This document shows, piece after piece, positions 42,201 to 48,272 of a stretch of 64,000 bases of DNA. Each line of letters opens with the position of its first letter. Positions within the stretch are counted from its first letter, which is position 1. The DNA is from an uncultured Gammaproteobacteria bacterium. GTDB taxonomy: Bacteria > Patescibacteriota > Patescibacteriia > Magasanikbacterales > UBA922. The notes under the pieces are model-generated. The model was not told where the DNA came from, did no database searches, and saw only the letters and a list, made by a program, of their open reading frames with translations. A program made the position numbers and the translations under genes. Location of the stretch: assembly GCA_964522405.1 (NCBI GenBank), contig CAZFTR010000001.1, positions 116,686 through 180,685 on the forward strand. The letters are read 5' to 3'.

Positions 42201-42624
42201 AGCTTGTGTGCCGGAATATTTTGAATTTATGCATGGTTATTCTTGTTCGCAGTTTGATCTTCAATTGAGTGAGCTTGATAATGTTGATTTCTTGGAATAT
42301 ATGATTGAGTTTGATCAGCTTGATGAGTATCTGGGTAGGCCGGACGTAGAGCAAACTCTTAAGAATAGGGGTTATACTCCAGAAGTAAATACCAAGGTCT
42401 GTGTATTCCAGCCAAAAGTTCAGATATTGGATAATTGGGGGTGGTGTAATGGAACGTGTGATTATAAAGGTCCTGGAAGTGGGTGCTATTCCGAAGATGA
42501 GCTTAGTGGAGATTTTTGCGAAGTGAGTTCAGACAAGCCTTGGACAGGTTATGGTGAAGAGACAGTAGACAGTCTGGGTAATACGATTAGAAGTGGTTCA
42601 ATTATAGTAATTCCGACATCATAA
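33220..42624 (+). CDS. Giant (3134 aa) cysteine-rich predicted cell-surface protein
   Basis: Single uninterrupted 9.4-kb ORF with an N-terminal TM/signal (LIILLSSFVILVPVLAGLL), an Ala-rich linker, then a Cys- and Asp/Gly/Asn/Tyr-rich extracellular sequence with no catalytic motifs. Confidence 0.7.
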   Translation: MLIFMFKNQNRKLKTSLIILLSSFVILVPVLAGLLKIDQAHAQAAAAAKAAAKVATEAASGAANSAPAVPTHELSSVPKKMQKIEDTLDDTFLSTGLSALISGASYFLNRLAYDGARWIASGGKGQGALAFQDGFGEYILKVGGDSVADAVQQLGNPYGLNLCKPSNLDVQVYLQLGYRKVYDGLGGEGGPKPKCSWSELKDKIEFQTSGDGVRYFGDTIVEGFQNSFRVEDSDFGIALGAAGQLDRIYAQKQQEAEGEQLVGEGFKPLKSMLSGKTLTPAQIIKEEAKSITAKHQGQMTANQISGVYGSGSIEALVGAASIFLTTLISDLSKNILTDGWLTDPGSGGGGSLSSNTEVVINEFASAINQNRRAAENAFKFLFTAVPVKQSSSYPLLDDFASCPDDPALNHPKLTNCVIDRAFREAIDRGNQGSSLTIREAMLKENGELLHGGWPLISPLREEEHTEVKDCYRNGYCYSNIQKLRKARILPLGFEIAALRSDPDQPWTLKQVVDGFNDCAVDPDSGNIVQSSKKPFCHLIDPNWIIRLPDPRCESLVYGPNLISNAAPTRHSECADISTCLLEDENGQCIGQYGYCLKEKNVWNMPGQSCPAQFSTCDTYTNTKTGKIESFLSRTVDYDQCTSDAAGCRAYSIYQEDGAWRNSSQTDELLKTKGEAQTMYFGKLASHATCPIDVDLNADGCSAFLQVTFDSEVGNYQKIAAATPLYMQKAPNYLGCYDTDLSTKEIIDWPISETDLTLLTDRPEQCADYAQVCVEDEAGCRKYRAAESGVQDVVGIVGANSCPAECVGYDTFKQEESNFEPSIFPMYFIADGVGSRSCPGQYSSCSEFTNIGAAGEGGEELEYFVDIKYCEKPEEDNEKTYYSWEGSDSAGYVLKVHKMKQIDQEEYTSYIFKVGQAIQFNPGDNLSFYEIGSPAYAKDSVENLEEYYHACNEENYKQLINGENQLGDIDEGCAAIYDNDGNIYYRILSETVTVSDQCTPYRKTNTYLELDSDLNTSELCSYKSGLWSDANLSCERCFNGGEYLDGSCVYWTIPSESLSCQGPAGQENLYNGCRTYTGNAVNDPVQKIFFDFEPQPSDDDPDGLNNAKDGWSVGEITLDAQQVGLHSLQIDSGIVALDVPAEIFTEDKWYELTFWARSAVEQNLVVKLIQIAQDVGNFNSNPNIEGGEIPVKINTNWQEYKLGPVQFAGSTDLEVTAMFQAVSLGVSSAYSIDNVRIVEVPKFHRIKNSWQQKDTGPLGEEVVLDVPLLCDTTPTDPFPGEHLGCSAYTDKTADPDLPVYTSGFEKLCRVKAEGCRPIVDTFNTVSHEDPGNQDNTLTHVYNAWCEELAEDICQVKHIDQVLGECQVGKGKNGCYIPKIVIPAGVEFKDLLNTTDSTVVVPADTEETTPIYLTYNTEYACSSSFMGCKAGALEEQSLPTENQISYEFSEQMVYDNPTFYEQTLCKSEELACEEYRHGNSLAYFKDPYLTGSKLCKYRENLDSGENYGWFMEGIGKCTGTEDLCSSSDDCSEDVACDLEIDVPCYDNYLQAGGENGIWSNDALFHPITGESLYDGFVGLCESQYNNCTEYLDPQDSSGADPDGKPYYVIADNQLISGQSECAGQVSLHEGCVLFDQTDNPNKFYDSEASYKKSAATDNPKYQPVTPITSGNLDANVVLKVEANRSCSEWLSCKNSIKITDENGIPKNVCNEFKACKESDGSAGCANWAVDSAYETEPLTQEKYIKRDTSWYGEEYTGYSLFDKYQISSIAYVSVEDEPFSYMAYELHPGVAPNNNCIGQAAWSKCGFDNGGRCHNEKCIYTMSGPFLPDSDTKDEIVAELEGGTCKAFPEDSSPYDFSFAEQPTLHETAYDDGPDRYTFETKKKGYGGANICQSGENCSCEYKKIAYGNGTTDYLSYSEDKYAKGVCTGGDFAQKSCRINSDCGAGGSCSRITSIETHIGLRGLCMEYDLSRPIDKDKDIYPCLTWLPVDTAATVLDPYNNDPKAGYLPRLDASVTLANGFKSEYGQVYCSEASGNAKGAYDIDGYREITNAINQSTVPKFSAICDGNPDTFVCNKDLYSNMFNEYGDYIFDEKKWVSITGNPEIAYDVGDANAEFPFTEKLPVLRDPFNAGWGDNFSSFNTWEDVEGSKTTIMQGFFEWQTRPPATPGSDVLTGASLYPDDDQNKNIYNYPDFVYSLVQQWAWHGGMYGRGLAETKESKNIILNTKSISDLCGDLIGKGQLYTGCADLYNFAVNAPTKTQQVELLKALLNARVSRILAEDTEEIKQQEIVNPNSTVLFTSALYFRDYLYTSLKKVEEIAPVKGLESKGQDKNKWYLEDEEMTEDLNGDGKVDYKDITDPESIFLRVSYEPVDFHSYTPGTIEKVFDFTGGSNKSTDKDDPNNYFYKSSIWGHATKKLRGYHPVFYNYEAAIEVVEDEISKLHYGPMMAPNGIERVLTIDFDTLNNSLPLESITANDGVLYDLNYYSEAVKGVYVFKVSPRTGPRAGWSRYIIISMEDGGFSEDKPVTDLSLDFFVELLDEWAGDSKSKWSKGVDWIDEDLGNRSLIWVWADFDEKGNMSDDFIKSNYQAWYQNTKSIFVYSSEFNAKDGKTPFLAVVAETHPRCTEFQVVYDSETEGLGGSTNKAWTDRVWNYSNYQPGTTFFFGNKLTKPAFSRPFGSLQLTADSFEGTNASGLSWEDARRRYTFRSPEFDGIPYSCDATALESEQTAFNQGNFFNEGLMYDNPDFIGLIEWGEQKCIASYGGNNELYNTMSFVEAENGIDMLSQLFKKSFTSIRANEQGENKFGIKGAIDPQNSLFVKEVGFDGSSTAEAGLIPPQIYSLNPTTCYDYTGGKINCTIGEADNITINRRNFMLEDYDDDGFYDEDLNGDDLPDLIIAENSFTAVAHFFAYADHNRMPIRRVMVDWGDGDISNQDRKGMYKNRKPYCIGVGNEQSPDIGECSQSEQLTCLKDSDCPLAGETCDLNAARHFGNSDRACVPEYFEFMHGYSCSQFDLQLSELDNVDFLEYMIEFDQLDEYLGRPDVEQTLKNRGYTPEVNTKVCVFQPKVQILDNWGWCNGTCDYKGPGSGCYSEDELSGDFCEVSSDKPWTGYGEETVDSLGNTIRSGSIIVIPTS

Positions 42625-42636
42625 AAATTTTCAAAA

Positions 42637-42666
42637 ACAAAAAATGACCTACAAGGTCATTTTTTA
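42637..42666. terminator. Bidirectional terminator (AAAAAATGACC-tacaa-GGTCATTTTTT), copy A
   Basis: Perfect stem with A/T runs on both sides. Confidence 0.65.
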
Positions 42667-42697
42667 TTTAAAATATTTTTGATTTTTTTAATAAAAA

Positions 42698-42798
42698 GGG
42701 CCGTGCCGAAGCGCGTCCACGAGTTCACCGAAGTGAGACTTGTGGGCGCGCTTGGCTTGGCGTGCGACTGCTGAGAAAACGAGTTCGACTGCCGTGTA
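42698..42798 (-). other. Conserved GC-rich structured 3' element, copy A (nested about 60-nt helix with a CGAA tetraloop)
   Basis: gccgaagcgcg / ccacgag / tcac-CGAA-gtga / cttgtgg / cgcgcttggc nested pairing; about 75 nt identical to copy B at 43657-43761. Confidence 0.5.
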
Positions 42799-43326
42799 CT
42801 ACGGCTTGAGCTCCAGCGTGTAGTCGGGGCCGTCGTTGTCGAAGATCGTGATCTCGATTCCCTCGGAGGTCTTGATGACCTCGTAGTACCAGCCTGCCGG
42901 CTTGTCGAGGGGGAAGACCACAGCGGCCTCCTCGGGGTTGTCGTGCCAGGTGATCAGCGGACCGGTGATCATGGGCTTCTTGCCGAAGCCGATCATGGTC
43001 ACCTCACAGGTGTGACCACCGAACCCGTTCTCGATCATCTTGGTCGTGATCTCCTCGCCCCAGCCCTTGAAGTGCTTCCACTTGCCCGCGATGTTCGGGC
43101 AGATGTCCACCACGGGGATGGGCTCAGGGGCAGGCTCTTCTTCCGGGGTGGGCTCTTCAGGTCGCGGGATCGTGTCCGGCTCGACGAACCGGGGCTGTTG
43201 GGCTGTGTCTTCTGGGATCTGATCTCGGTTAGTGCTCCGAGGGTAGTTGGAGCTACAGCTGGTAAAAAGAAAAGCCACGAGCGTGGCCACGAGAATGAGG
43301 ATGTTTTTCCTCTCCATGGTGGCCAC
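42799..43326 (-). CDS. Lipoprotein paralog A with a conserved C-terminal domain; high-GC codons
   Basis: Lipobox LFTSC, Pro/Glu-rich linker, conserved block VVDICPNIAGKWKHFKGWGEEI...GFGGHTCEV...WHDNPE...GWYYEV.KTSEGIEIT. RBS AAGGAGGTG upstream. Confidence 0.7.
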   Translation of the reverse strand: MATMERKNILILVATLVAFLFTSCSSNYPRSTNRDQIPEDTAQQPRFVEPDTIPRPEEPTPEEEPAPEPIPVVDICPNIAGKWKHFKGWGEEITTKMIENGFGGHTCEVTMIGFGKKPMITGPLITWHDNPEEAAVVFPLDKPAGWYYEVIKTSEGIEITIFDNDGPDYTLELKP

Positions 43327-43500
43327 CTCCTTGCAGTAGCAGCCGGAGCTATAGTGGAATTTCCACTACACTTCTAGCTACCACTAGCAGGAGTTTTTTG
43401 TCGCACGCTATAGATCTTGCCTTTTGGCTAGGTTTAGCCAAGCAGACAAAGATATTGAAAAGAGCTTTTAGTCATCAAAGACTGATAAATATTAGACTAT
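43327..43500 (-). promoter_or_regulatory. Conserved 5' leader, copy A, with palindromes (TAGTGGAA-A-TTCCACTA; GCTAGTGGTAGC; TTGGCTAAACCTAGCCAA) and an upstream TTGACA-17-TCTAAT promoter-like site
   Basis: Nearly identical to 44278-44450. The palindromes were read directly; the promoter call is weaker (the -10 is non-consensus). Confidence 0.45.
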
Positions 43501-43586
43501 ATTTTTGTAATTTTGTCAAGTTTTCTATAGTAAAATAAAACTATTAGAAATGGTCAAATTAGGGTAATCCTTGTTTTTCAAATTTA

Positions 43587-43616
43587 AACAAAAAATGACC
43601 TGGTGGGTCATTTTTT
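43587..43616. terminator. Bidirectional terminator, copy B (AAAAAATGACC-tggtg-GGTCATTTTTT)
   Basis: Same stem as copy A but with a different loop. Confidence 0.6.
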
Positions 43617-43656
43617 GTTTAAGTAATTTTTCACATTTTTTAAAAAATCATTTAAG

Positions 43657-43761
43657 GGGCCGTGCCGAAGCGCGTCCACGAGTTCACCGAAGTGAGACTT
43701 GTGGGCGCGCTTGGCTTGGCGTGCGACTGCGAGGAAAAAACGAGAGTTCGACTGCCGTGTA
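43657..43761 (-). other. Conserved GC-rich structured 3' element, copy B
   Basis: See copy A. Confidence 0.5.
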
Positions 43762-44277
43762 CTACGGCTTGAGCTCGGCCCAGATGTCGGGCTTGGCCTC
43801 GTTGTCGAATCGCGTGATCTCGATCCCCTCGGAGGTCTTGACGACCTCGTAGTACCAGCCCACCGGAGCCGGAATCGGGAAGACCACGGCGGTCTTCTCG
43901 GGGTTGTCGTGCCAGGTTGAAGCCGGACCGGGGAACATCGGCTTCTTGCCGAAGCCCGTGATGGTGACCTCGCAGGTGTGGCCACCGAACCCGTCCTCGA
44001 TCATCTCGGTCACGATCTCCTCACCCCAGCCCTTGAAGTTTTTGTACTTGCCCGCGATGTTCGGGCAGATGTCCACCACGGGGGTGGACTCTTCGGGGGC
44101 AGGATCCGCGGGCTTGTCGAGCCGCGGGGTCTCGACCGGCTCGACGAACCGGGGTTCCTGTGCGGCGTCTTCCGGGACGTAGTCCCGATCTCCCCCACGC
44201 TGAGGGGTGAAGCCGCAACCGGTGGAAAGCAAAGCCACGAGCGTGGCGACCATGAGCAGATTGCTCTTCTTCATCAT
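43762..44277 (-). CDS. Lipoprotein paralog B (about 65-70% identical to A); high-GC codons
   Basis: Lipobox LSTGC, Pro-rich linker, and the same conserved C-terminal domain as copy A. Confidence 0.7.
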   Translation of the reverse strand: MMKKSNLLMVATLVALLSTGCGFTPQRGGDRDYVPEDAAQEPRFVEPVETPRLDKPADPAPEESTPVVDICPNIAGKYKNFKGWGEEIVTEMIEDGFGGHTCEVTITGFGKKPMFPGPASTWHDNPEKTAVVFPIPAPVGWYYEVVKTSEGIEITRFDNEAKPDIWAELKP

Positions 44278-44450
44278 GGCGCCACCTCCTTGCAGTAGCA
44301 GCCGGAGCTATAGTGGAATTTCCACTACACTTCTAGCTACCACTAGCAGGAGTTTTTTGTCGCACGCTATAGATCTTGCCTTTTGGCTAGGTTTAGCCAA
44401 GCAGACAAAGATATTGAAAAGAGCTTTTAGTCATCAAAGACTACTATCCA
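44278..44450 (-). promoter_or_regulatory. Conserved 5' leader, copy B
   Basis: See copy A. Confidence 0.45.
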
Positions 44451-44713
44451 TTAAGTATTAGACCATGTTTTACCAGTTTTGTCAAGCTCTCTATAGTGAA
44501 AAGGTTAATAATTTGTGTATAAAAAGATCAGTTTTTGCTTAATTTAGCCTAGATTTTGATTTTAATAAAATTTAATCTAGGACTTGCATAGTTGCAAAAA
44601 AGCCTGTTTTTGCTAAAATAGAAGGACTTTTATAGAGTTGGTTTATAGTCAGTAATTAGTGAAAAATTTCCTAAACTACTAACTGTCAACTGTTAACTAC
44701 AAACTATTTAAAT

Positions 44714-46474
44714 ATGTACAAAACAAACACATGTGGAGAATTAAGAAAAGAGGCTGTTGGGCAAGAAGTTACCTTATCGGGTTGGGTTCATAAGAGAAGA
44801 GATCTTGGTGGTCTGGTTTTTGTTGACTTGCGAGATAGATATGGTATTACTCAGATTGTTTTTAATCCTGATCAGGTTGAGGATTTTTCTATTGCTGAAA
44901 GTTTGAAATATGAATTTGTCATAAAAATTTCCGGAACTGTTGCAGAGAGATCAGCTGAGACTGTTAATCAGGAAATTGAAACTGGCCAGATTGAAGTTCA
45001 AGCCAAAACTGTAGAAGTTCTAAGCAAAGCCAAAGCAATGCCTTTTGAGATCTTTGAAACCAAAAAAGGTGAAGAAGATGAAGAGCTTCGTCTTAAGTAT
45101 AGATTCCTAGAACTTCGCAGACAAAAACTAAAAAATAATATTTTGTTTCGTTCAAAGATGACTAAATATATTCGGGATTTTATGGATAAGAATGATTTTG
45201 TACATATTGATACTCCTATTCTTACAGTTAGTTCTCCAGAGGGTGCTCGAGATTTTCTTGTTCCAAGTAGAATTCATCTTGGAAAATTTTATGCGCTTCC
45301 TCAAGCTCCACAACAATACAAACAACTTCTAATGGTGGCTGGTTTTGATCGATATTATCAAATTGCCGCTTGCATGCGTGATGAGGATCCTCGGGCTGAC
45401 AGATCGCCGGGAGAATTTTATCAGCTTGATTGTGAAACCAGTTTCCATACTCAAGATGAATTTTTTGAACTTATGGAACCTCTTTTTGTTGAGCTTACTG
45501 AGAAAGTGGCTGGCAAAAAAGTTAAACAATCTCCTTTTCCTAGAATTCCTTTCAAAGAAATTATGGAAACCTATGGAAGTGATCGGCCTGATTTACGTTA
45601 TGATTTAAAATTACAAGAAGTTACTGATTGGGCCAAGACCACTGAGTTCAAAGTTTTTGCAAGTGCTGATCATGTTCGTGCACTTCATGTGCCGGGCGGA
45701 GCAGAGTTTAGCAGAAAAGAAATTGATGATCAGTTCACTGATGTGGCAGTTCGAGCTCATGCCAAAGGCCTTGCTTGGATGAAATTTGTAGATGGAAAAT
45801 TTGAAGGTAATATTGCTAAATTTTTCAATGAGGAAAAATTAGATCAATTAAGAGAATTATTAAATCCAGAAGAGGGGAGTATTATATTTTTTGGGGCAGA
45901 TGAATGGCAAGTTTCTTGTGAGGCTCTTGGTGCTGTTCGTGCTTTGGTTGCCAAGAAACAAAATTTAGCTGATCCAAACTTAATAGCCTGGGCTTGGATT
46001 GTTGATTTTCCTATGTATGAAAAAGACAAGGAAACTGGAAGAATAGATTTTGGGCATAATCCTTTTTCTATGCCTCAAGGTGGTATGGAATCTCTAGAAA
46101 CAAAAGATCCACTTGATATTCTTGCTTTTCAATATGATATTATAGCAAATGGACTTGAACTTAGCTCTGGGGCTGTTAGAAACAAAGATCCGGAAATTAT
46201 GTACAAGGCTTTTGAGATTGCCGGCTATTCAAAAGCTGATGTTGATGCAAAATTTGGTCACATGATAAAAGCTTTTGAATTTGGAGCTCCACCCCATTGT
46301 GGATTTGCTCCAGGTATTGAGAGGTTGGCCATGCTTCTTCTTGGAGAAGAAAATATTCGTACTGTTGTGCCCTTTCCGAAAAACCAAAAAGCAGAAGAAC
46401 CTATGATGGGTAGTCCAAGTGAGGTTGATGAGGCTCAATTAAAAGAACTTGGACTTAAAATTTATAAAAAATAA
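44714..46474 (+). CDS. aspS: Aspartyl-tRNA synthetase (bacterial type)
   Basis: N-terminal OB anticodon-binding domain (VTLSGWVHKRRDLGGLVFVDLRDRYGITQIVF), class II motifs (FRNEG-like ...ACMRDEDPRADRSPGEFYQLD..., GGMESLETKD, C-terminal GFAPGIERL). Confidence 0.88.
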   Translation: MYKTNTCGELRKEAVGQEVTLSGWVHKRRDLGGLVFVDLRDRYGITQIVFNPDQVEDFSIAESLKYEFVIKISGTVAERSAETVNQEIETGQIEVQAKTVEVLSKAKAMPFEIFETKKGEEDEELRLKYRFLELRRQKLKNNILFRSKMTKYIRDFMDKNDFVHIDTPILTVSSPEGARDFLVPSRIHLGKFYALPQAPQQYKQLLMVAGFDRYYQIAACMRDEDPRADRSPGEFYQLDCETSFHTQDEFFELMEPLFVELTEKVAGKKVKQSPFPRIPFKEIMETYGSDRPDLRYDLKLQEVTDWAKTTEFKVFASADHVRALHVPGGAEFSRKEIDDQFTDVAVRAHAKGLAWMKFVDGKFEGNIAKFFNEEKLDQLRELLNPEEGSIIFFGADEWQVSCEALGAVRALVAKKQNLADPNLIAWAWIVDFPMYEKDKETGRIDFGHNPFSMPQGGMESLETKDPLDILAFQYDIIANGLELSSGAVRNKDPEIMYKAFEIAGYSKADVDAKFGHMIKAFEFGAPPHCGFAPGIERLAMLLLGEENIRTVVPFPKNQKAEEPMMGSPSEVDEAQLKELGLKIYKK

Positions 46475-46518
46475 ATAATGTTAGTCACTAATTGTTGTTT
46501 ATTGGTCACTGAATAAAT

Positions 46519-48264
46519 ATGCCTGAGATTTTTAGTTTTGCAGAAGTACAAACTATTATAGCTATTAAATTTTGTTTGTTCTTGTTTCTGGCTATGGGTA
46601 TTGCAGCGGTTTTCAGCAGATGGAAACCGTTTGTTTTCTTGTTTTTTAGTGGTTTATTTGCTGCAATTGCCTATGGAATTTTTTCAAATGATCTTGTGCT
46701 AATGCTCTGGGGTCTTGAGGGGGATGAGGTAACTATTGCTGCCATGTATCAGGGATTTGCTCATGGAAGCTTTTTTTCTGATTTTAGCTATGCTGGTTTG
46801 CCACCATTTTATCCACCATTATTTTTTTGGATATTTAGTTTAGTAGGCAGATTCTTTAGTTGGAATGGGGTTCAAATTGCTAAATTTGCTGCTTCAGCTT
46901 CTATTTTTATTTTTCCTTTGCTGGTCTATAGTTTCCAGGCCTGGTATTGGGGTGTAAGCAAAAAAAGAAAACTTTCCAAAGAAAAAACTCCGGGTCAAAT
47001 TGCCTGGCTTTTGGCACCACTTCTTGTTTGGATTTTTATTGATTGGGATGCTTTTATTCTTAAGCCTTATGAAGTTATCGCTGCTAGCTTTAGTGTTCTT
47101 TGGATAGGTTTTTTGGTGCGTGATCTTTTACAAAGAAGATATTCATGGAGAAGATTTTTGCTTTATGGAATTAGTGGGGGATTGATTTTCATGACTTATT
47201 ATCTCTGGTTAGTTTTTGGCGCTATTGCCATTGCTATTTCTGCTTTCTGGACCAAGAGAGGTCATAAATTAAAATATTATGGCTCACTTGTTTTTATTGC
47301 TGTTGTGGCCTTGCTTATTGCTCTGCCTTATTTGGGTCCATTGGTTTCATCTTACGCAGAACATGGATCAGAAAATTGGCAGCTTGGTTTGATGACTGCC
47401 AAGGGCATTTCTTTTTATGCTCCCATGTTTCAGTATTTTAGATGGGAGAGCTTGCTGATGCTGGTTGGTTTTGGATCTTTGGTATTATTTTGGAAAAATA
47501 AATACATTCGAACTCTGCTAATTTTGTTTGTCACTTCATATATTTGGCAGATCATGGGTCTTGTCACTGTTTATTTTTTTGAATCGCCACTTCAGGAATT
47601 CAAAGGGTTTTATTTCTTGAATAGAACTATTTTAGCTTTTGCTCTTGCTTATGGAATTGAATATTATTGGAAATTAAGTTCTCAGGTCAGACATGGAGTT
47701 AGATGGCAGAAACCAGCTATGATTATTGGATTATTTTTCTTGAGTACTCAGATGTTTTTTGGATTTTTTATAGATGATCCCAAAGTACAAGAAAGATTGG
47801 TTGAATCTAGAAATTTGGAACCTGAATTACATGGTTTAGTTGATTATTTAAGACATGATCCAAAGCAAATTGAAAGGCCACTTACGCTTAGTGCTGGAAT
47901 AAATGAATTATATGCCTTTGTGCCTATGAATACTTTTATATATTTTAATCAGCATAATTCCCATCCAGGAGCTTTGTTTTCTGAGAGAAAATTAGCGATT
48001 GAAGATGTGGCTAATAGTAAAAATATCGAAGAGTTTTATGATCTTAGTCAGTACAATCAATTTGGGTCTATAAAGAGATTAATTTTTTATGAGAATAAAG
48101 AGATTGATGTTTATGAAGTTTTTCTGACAGTTGATGGCTTTCCAAATTCTACAGAGGGAGAAGTAATAAGTATTCCAAAGGAATTTTTCCAGGCTCCATA
48201 TTTTGAAAAAGTTTTTGAAAATAAAAGGTATGTGGTTTGGGATAGGATTTCAGGGATCAATTAA
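46519..48264 (+). CDS. Polytopic integral membrane protein, possibly a GT-C-type glycosyltransferase
   Basis: More than 12 predicted TM helices; sits immediately upstream of a GT2 polyprenyl-phosphate sugar synthase and a GT-C-like protein. Confidence 0.35.
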   Translation: MPEIFSFAEVQTIIAIKFCLFLFLAMGIAAVFSRWKPFVFLFFSGLFAAIAYGIFSNDLVLMLWGLEGDEVTIAAMYQGFAHGSFFSDFSYAGLPPFYPPLFFWIFSLVGRFFSWNGVQIAKFAASASIFIFPLLVYSFQAWYWGVSKKRKLSKEKTPGQIAWLLAPLLVWIFIDWDAFILKPYEVIAASFSVLWIGFLVRDLLQRRYSWRRFLLYGISGGLIFMTYYLWLVFGAIAIAISAFWTKRGHKLKYYGSLVFIAVVALLIALPYLGPLVSSYAEHGSENWQLGLMTAKGISFYAPMFQYFRWESLLMLVGFGSLVLFWKNKYIRTLLILFVTSYIWQIMGLVTVYFFESPLQEFKGFYFLNRTILAFALAYGIEYYWKLSSQVRHGVRWQKPAMIIGLFFLSTQMFFGFFIDDPKVQERLVESRNLEPELHGLVDYLRHDPKQIERPLTLSAGINELYAFVPMNTFIYFNQHNSHPGALFSERKLAIEDVANSKNIEEFYDLSQYNQFGSIKRLIFYENKEIDVYEVFLTVDGFPNSTEGEVISIPKEFFQAPYFEKVFENKRYVVWDRISGIN

Positions 48265-48272
48265 GGAGTTTT

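Larger units (their letters stand above)
42625..44545. repeat. Tandem direct duplication of two roughly 960-bp units, each carrying terminator, GC-rich 3' element, lipoprotein CDS, 170-nt leader and promoter
   Basis: Near-identical flanks 42637-42798 vs 43587-43761 and 43327-43500 vs 44278-44450. The CDS between them are only about two-thirds identical at the protein level. Confidence 0.8.

Noticed and set aside
42625-44545. Explaining the high-GC islands purely as contaminating contig fragments or a mis-assembly
   Set aside because: The islands are short, internal to an otherwise contiguous low-GC contig, and begin and end exactly at promoter and terminator elements made of native AT-rich sequence. 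Chimeric joins would not be expected to respect transcription-unit boundaries three times. Read-level verification is still recommended.
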